From: Eledone cirrhosa
Taxonomy: Eukaryota
DNA: 64,000 bases
Reading direction: 5' to 3'
Assembly (NCBI GenBank): GCA_964016885.1
Contig: OZ024740.1
Location: 336,598,001-336,662,000, forward strand
How positions within the stretch are numbered: the stretch's first letter is position 1; each line of letters begins with the position of its first letter. Shown piece by piece: positions 61,211 to 64,000 of the stretch. Both the position numbers and the translations under genes were made by a program. The notes beneath the pieces were generated by a model, which saw only the letters and a program-made list of their open reading frames with translations, ran no database searches and had not been told where the DNA came from.

Positions 61211-64000
61211 CTCTGTGGTTGGGGTTGGAGCTGGAGGTGTTGGATGTATGTAGTTGGGGTTAGAGCTGGAGGTGTTGGATCTCTGTGGTTGGGGTTGGAG
61301 CTGGAGGTGTTGGATCTCTGTGGTTGGGGTTGGAGCTGGAGTTGTTGGATCTCTGTGGTTGGGGTTGGAGCTGGAGGTGTTGGATCTCTGTGGTTGGGGT
61401 TGGAGCTGGAGGTGTTGGATCTCTGTGGTTGGGGCTGAAGCTGGGGGTGTTGGATCTCTGTGGTTGGGGCTGGAGCTGGAGGTGTTGGATCTCAGTGGGG
61501 TTGGAGCTGGAGGTGTTGGATCTCAGTGGGGTTGGAGCTAGAGGTGTTGGATCTCTGTTGTTGGGGTTGGAGCTGGGGGTGTTGGATCTCTGTGGTTGGG
61601 GTTGAAGCTGGAGGTGTTGGATCTCTGTGGTTGGGGTTGGAGCTGGAGGTGTTGGATGTCTGTGGTTGGGGCTGGAGCTGGGGGTGTTGGATCTCTGTGG
61701 TTGGGGTTGGAGCTGGAGGTGTTGGATCTCTGTGGTTGGGGTTGGAGCTGGAGGTGTTGGATGTCTGTGGTTGGGGCTGGAGCTGGGGGTGTTGGATCTC
61801 TGTGGTTGGGGTTGGAGCTGGAGGTGTTGGATCTCTGTGGTTGGGGTTGGAGCTGGAGGTGTTGGATCTCTGTGGTTGGGGTTGGAGCTGGAGGTGTTGG
61901 ATTTCTGTGGTTGGGGCTGGAGCTGGAGGTGTTGGATCTCTGTGGTTGGGGTTGGAGCTGGGGGTGTTGGATATCTGTGGTTGGGGCTGAAGCTGGGGGT
62001 GTTGGATCTCTGTGGTTGGGGTTGGAGCTGGGGGTGTTGGATATCTGTGGTTGGGGCTGAAGCTGTGGGTGTTGGATCTCTGTGGTTGGGGTTGGAGCGT
62101 GAGGTGTTGGATCTCTGTGGTTGGGGTTGGAGCTGGAGGTGTTGGATCTCTGTGGTTGGGGTTGGAGCTGGAGGTGTTGGATCTCTGTGGTTGGGGTTGG
62201 AACTGGGGGTGTTGGATATCTGTGGTTGGGGTTGGAGCTGGGGGTGTTGGATATCTGTTGTTGGGGCTGAAGCTGGGGGTGTTGGATCTCTGTCGTTGGG
62301 GCTGAAGCTGGAGGTGTTGGATCTCTGTGGTTGGGGCTGAAGCTGGGGGTGTTGGATCTCTGTGGTTGGGGCTGGAGCTGGAGTTGTTGGATCTCTGTGG
62401 TTGGGGTTGGATCTGGGGGTGTTGGATCTCTGTTGTTGGGGTTGGAGCTGGGGTGTTGGATCTCTGTGGTTGGGGCTGAAGCTGGGGGTGTTGGATCTCT
62501 GTGGTTGGGGCTGGAGCTGGAGGTGTTGGATCTCTGTGGTTGGGGTTGGAGCTGGAGGTGTTGGATCTCTGTGGTTGGGGCTGAAGCTGGGGGTGTTGGA
62601 TCTCTGTAGTTGGGGCTGGAGCTGGAGGTGTTGGATCTCTGTGGTTGGGGTTGGAGCTGGGGTGTTTGATCTCTGTGGTTGGGGTTGGAGCTGGGGTGTT
62701 GGATCTCTGTGGTTGGGGTTGGAGCGTGAGGTGTTGGATCTCTGTGGTTGGGGTTGGAGCTGGAGGTGTTGGATTTCTGTGGTTGGGGCTGAAGCTGGGG
62801 GTGTTGGATCTCTGTGGTTGGGGTTGGAGCTGGAGGTGTTGGATCTCTGTGGGGTTGGAGCTGGGGGTGTTGGATCTCTGTGGGGTTGGAGCTGGGGGTG
62901 TGGGATCTCTGTGGTTGGGGTTGGAGCTGGGGGTGTTGGATCTCTGTGGTTGGTGTTGGAGCTGGAGGTGTTGGATCTCTGTGGGGTTGGAGCTGGGGGT
63001 GTTGGATCTCTGTGGTTGGGGTTGGAGCTGGAGGTGTTGGATTTCTGTGGTTGGGGCTGAAGCTGGGGGTGTTGGATCTCTGTGGTTGGGGCTGGAGCTG
63101 GAGGTGTTGGATCTCTGTAGTTGGGGTTGGAGCTGGAGGTGTTGGATATCTGTGGTTGGGGCTGAAGCTGGGGGTGTTGGATCTCTGTGGTTGGGGCTGG
63201 AGCTGGAGGTGTTGGATCTCTGTGGTTGGGGCTGGAGCTGGGGGTGTTGGATCTCTGTGGTTGGGGTTGGAGCTGCGGTGTTGGATCTCTGTGGTTGGGG
63301 TTGGAGCGTGAGGTGTTGGATCTCTGTGGTTGGGGTTGGAGCTGGAGGTGTTGGATTTCTGTGGTTGGGGTTGGAGCTGGGGGTGTTGGATATCTGTGGT
63401 TGGGGCTGAAGCTGGGGGTGTTGGATCTCTGTGGTTGGGGCTGGAGCTGGAGGTGTTGGATCTCTGTGGGGTTGGAGCTGGAGGTGTTGGATCTCTGTGG
63501 TTGGGGCTGGAGCTGGAGGTGTTGGATCTCTGTGGGGTTGGAGCTGGAGGTGTTGGATCTCTGTGGGGTTGGAGCTGGAGGTGTTGAATCTCTGTGGGGT
63601 TGGAGCTGGAGGTGTTGGATCTCTGTGGTTGGGGTTGGAGCTGGAGGTGTTGGATCTCTGTGGTTGGGGCTGGAGCTGGAGGTGTTGGATCTCTGTGTTT
63701 GGGGTTGGAGCTGGGGGTGTTGGATATCTGTGGTTGGGGCTGAAGCTGGAGGTGTTGGATCTCTGTGGTTGGGGCTGGAGCTGGAGGTGTTGGATCTCTG
63801 TGGGGTTGGAGCTGGAGGTGTTGGATCTCTGTGGTTGGGGTTGGAGCTGGAGGTGTTGGAAATCTGTGGTTGGTGTTGGAGCTGGAGGTGTTGGATCTCT
63901 GTGGTTGGGGTTGGAGCTGGGGGTGTTGGATCTCTGTGGTTGGGGTTGGAGCTGGGGGTGTTGGATCTCTGTGGGGTTGGAGCTGGGTGTGTTGGATCTC

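Larger units (their letters stand above)
1..64000 (+). repeat. 35-bp G/T-rich tandem repeat array (satellite/macro-minisatellite), consensus GGGGGTGTTGGATCTCTGTGGTTGGGGTTGGAGCT; runs off both window ends
   Basis: The monomer is readable from base 1 (1-35) to the last base, always in the same orientation, with no non-repeat interruption. Common variants: GGAGG for GGGGG, TTGGAGTTGG for TTGGGGTTGG, 31-bp (-4), 29-bp (-6), 41-bp (+6) and 34/36-bp (G-run +/-1) units. Confidence 0.99.

Noticed and set aside
5-63587. Many long plus-strand ORFs (G/W/L/V-rich, up to 2475 aa)
   Set aside because: They overlap in all three frames with the same peptide, start mostly at GTG/TTG within the repeat, have no recognisable domain, and are crossed by 1- and 4-bp indels and sporadic stops. 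They are artefacts of a stop-free monomer.
1-64000. CRISPR array (35-bp repeat length is CRISPR-like)
   Set aside because: Repeats abut directly with no unique spacers, leader or cas genes.
1-64000. Telomeric tract (TTGGGG, Tetrahymena-type; TTAGGG at about 7646 and 9944)
   Set aside because: There are at most two consecutive TTGGGG, embedded in a 35-mer, and TTAGGG arises from a single substitution. A subtelomeric location cannot be judged from this window.
1-64000. GATC every 35 bp as Dam/SeqA sites or replication iterons
   Set aside because: There is no bacterial context, rep gene or AT-rich unwinding element. GATC is simply part of the monomer.
1-64000. Whole array as a sequencing or synthetic concatemer artefact
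   Set aside because: Rare variants, including G-run indels, recur in conserved order across diverged paralogous blocks, which random read error would not produce.
1-64000. Binary code-like pattern of G/A variants among monomers
   Set aside because: The patterns are accounted for by duplication and local homogenisation (as in minisatellite variant repeat maps). There is no sign of a reader or of programmed order.

Overview
The whole 64-kb window is one uninterrupted, head-to-tail tandem repeat array (satellite or very large minisatellite). The monomer is 35 bp, consensus GGGGGTGTTGGATCTCTGTGGTTGGGGTTGGAGCT (18 G, 12 T, 3 C, 2 A; no CpG; one GATC and one AGCT per unit), at roughly 1,850 copies by length estimate. 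I see no unique sequence, inversion, transposon, RNA gene, CRISPR spacer or credible protein-coding gene. The ORF track is explained by the monomer having no stop codon in any of six frames. The informative signal is in the variant monomers, which reveal nested tandem duplications from 175 bp to about 12.5 kb with a readable order of events, regional variant domains, recurrent 29/31/41/14-15-bp monomers and rising divergence at the 3' end. The G-rich strand combines G-tracts with GAGCT/GGGGT pentamers. I found no evidence for a novel gene-based system, and functional ideas below are hypotheses only. The host cannot be identified from the sequence; a eukaryotic satellite is the most likely reading. 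Duplication boundaries were read by eye and are approximate.
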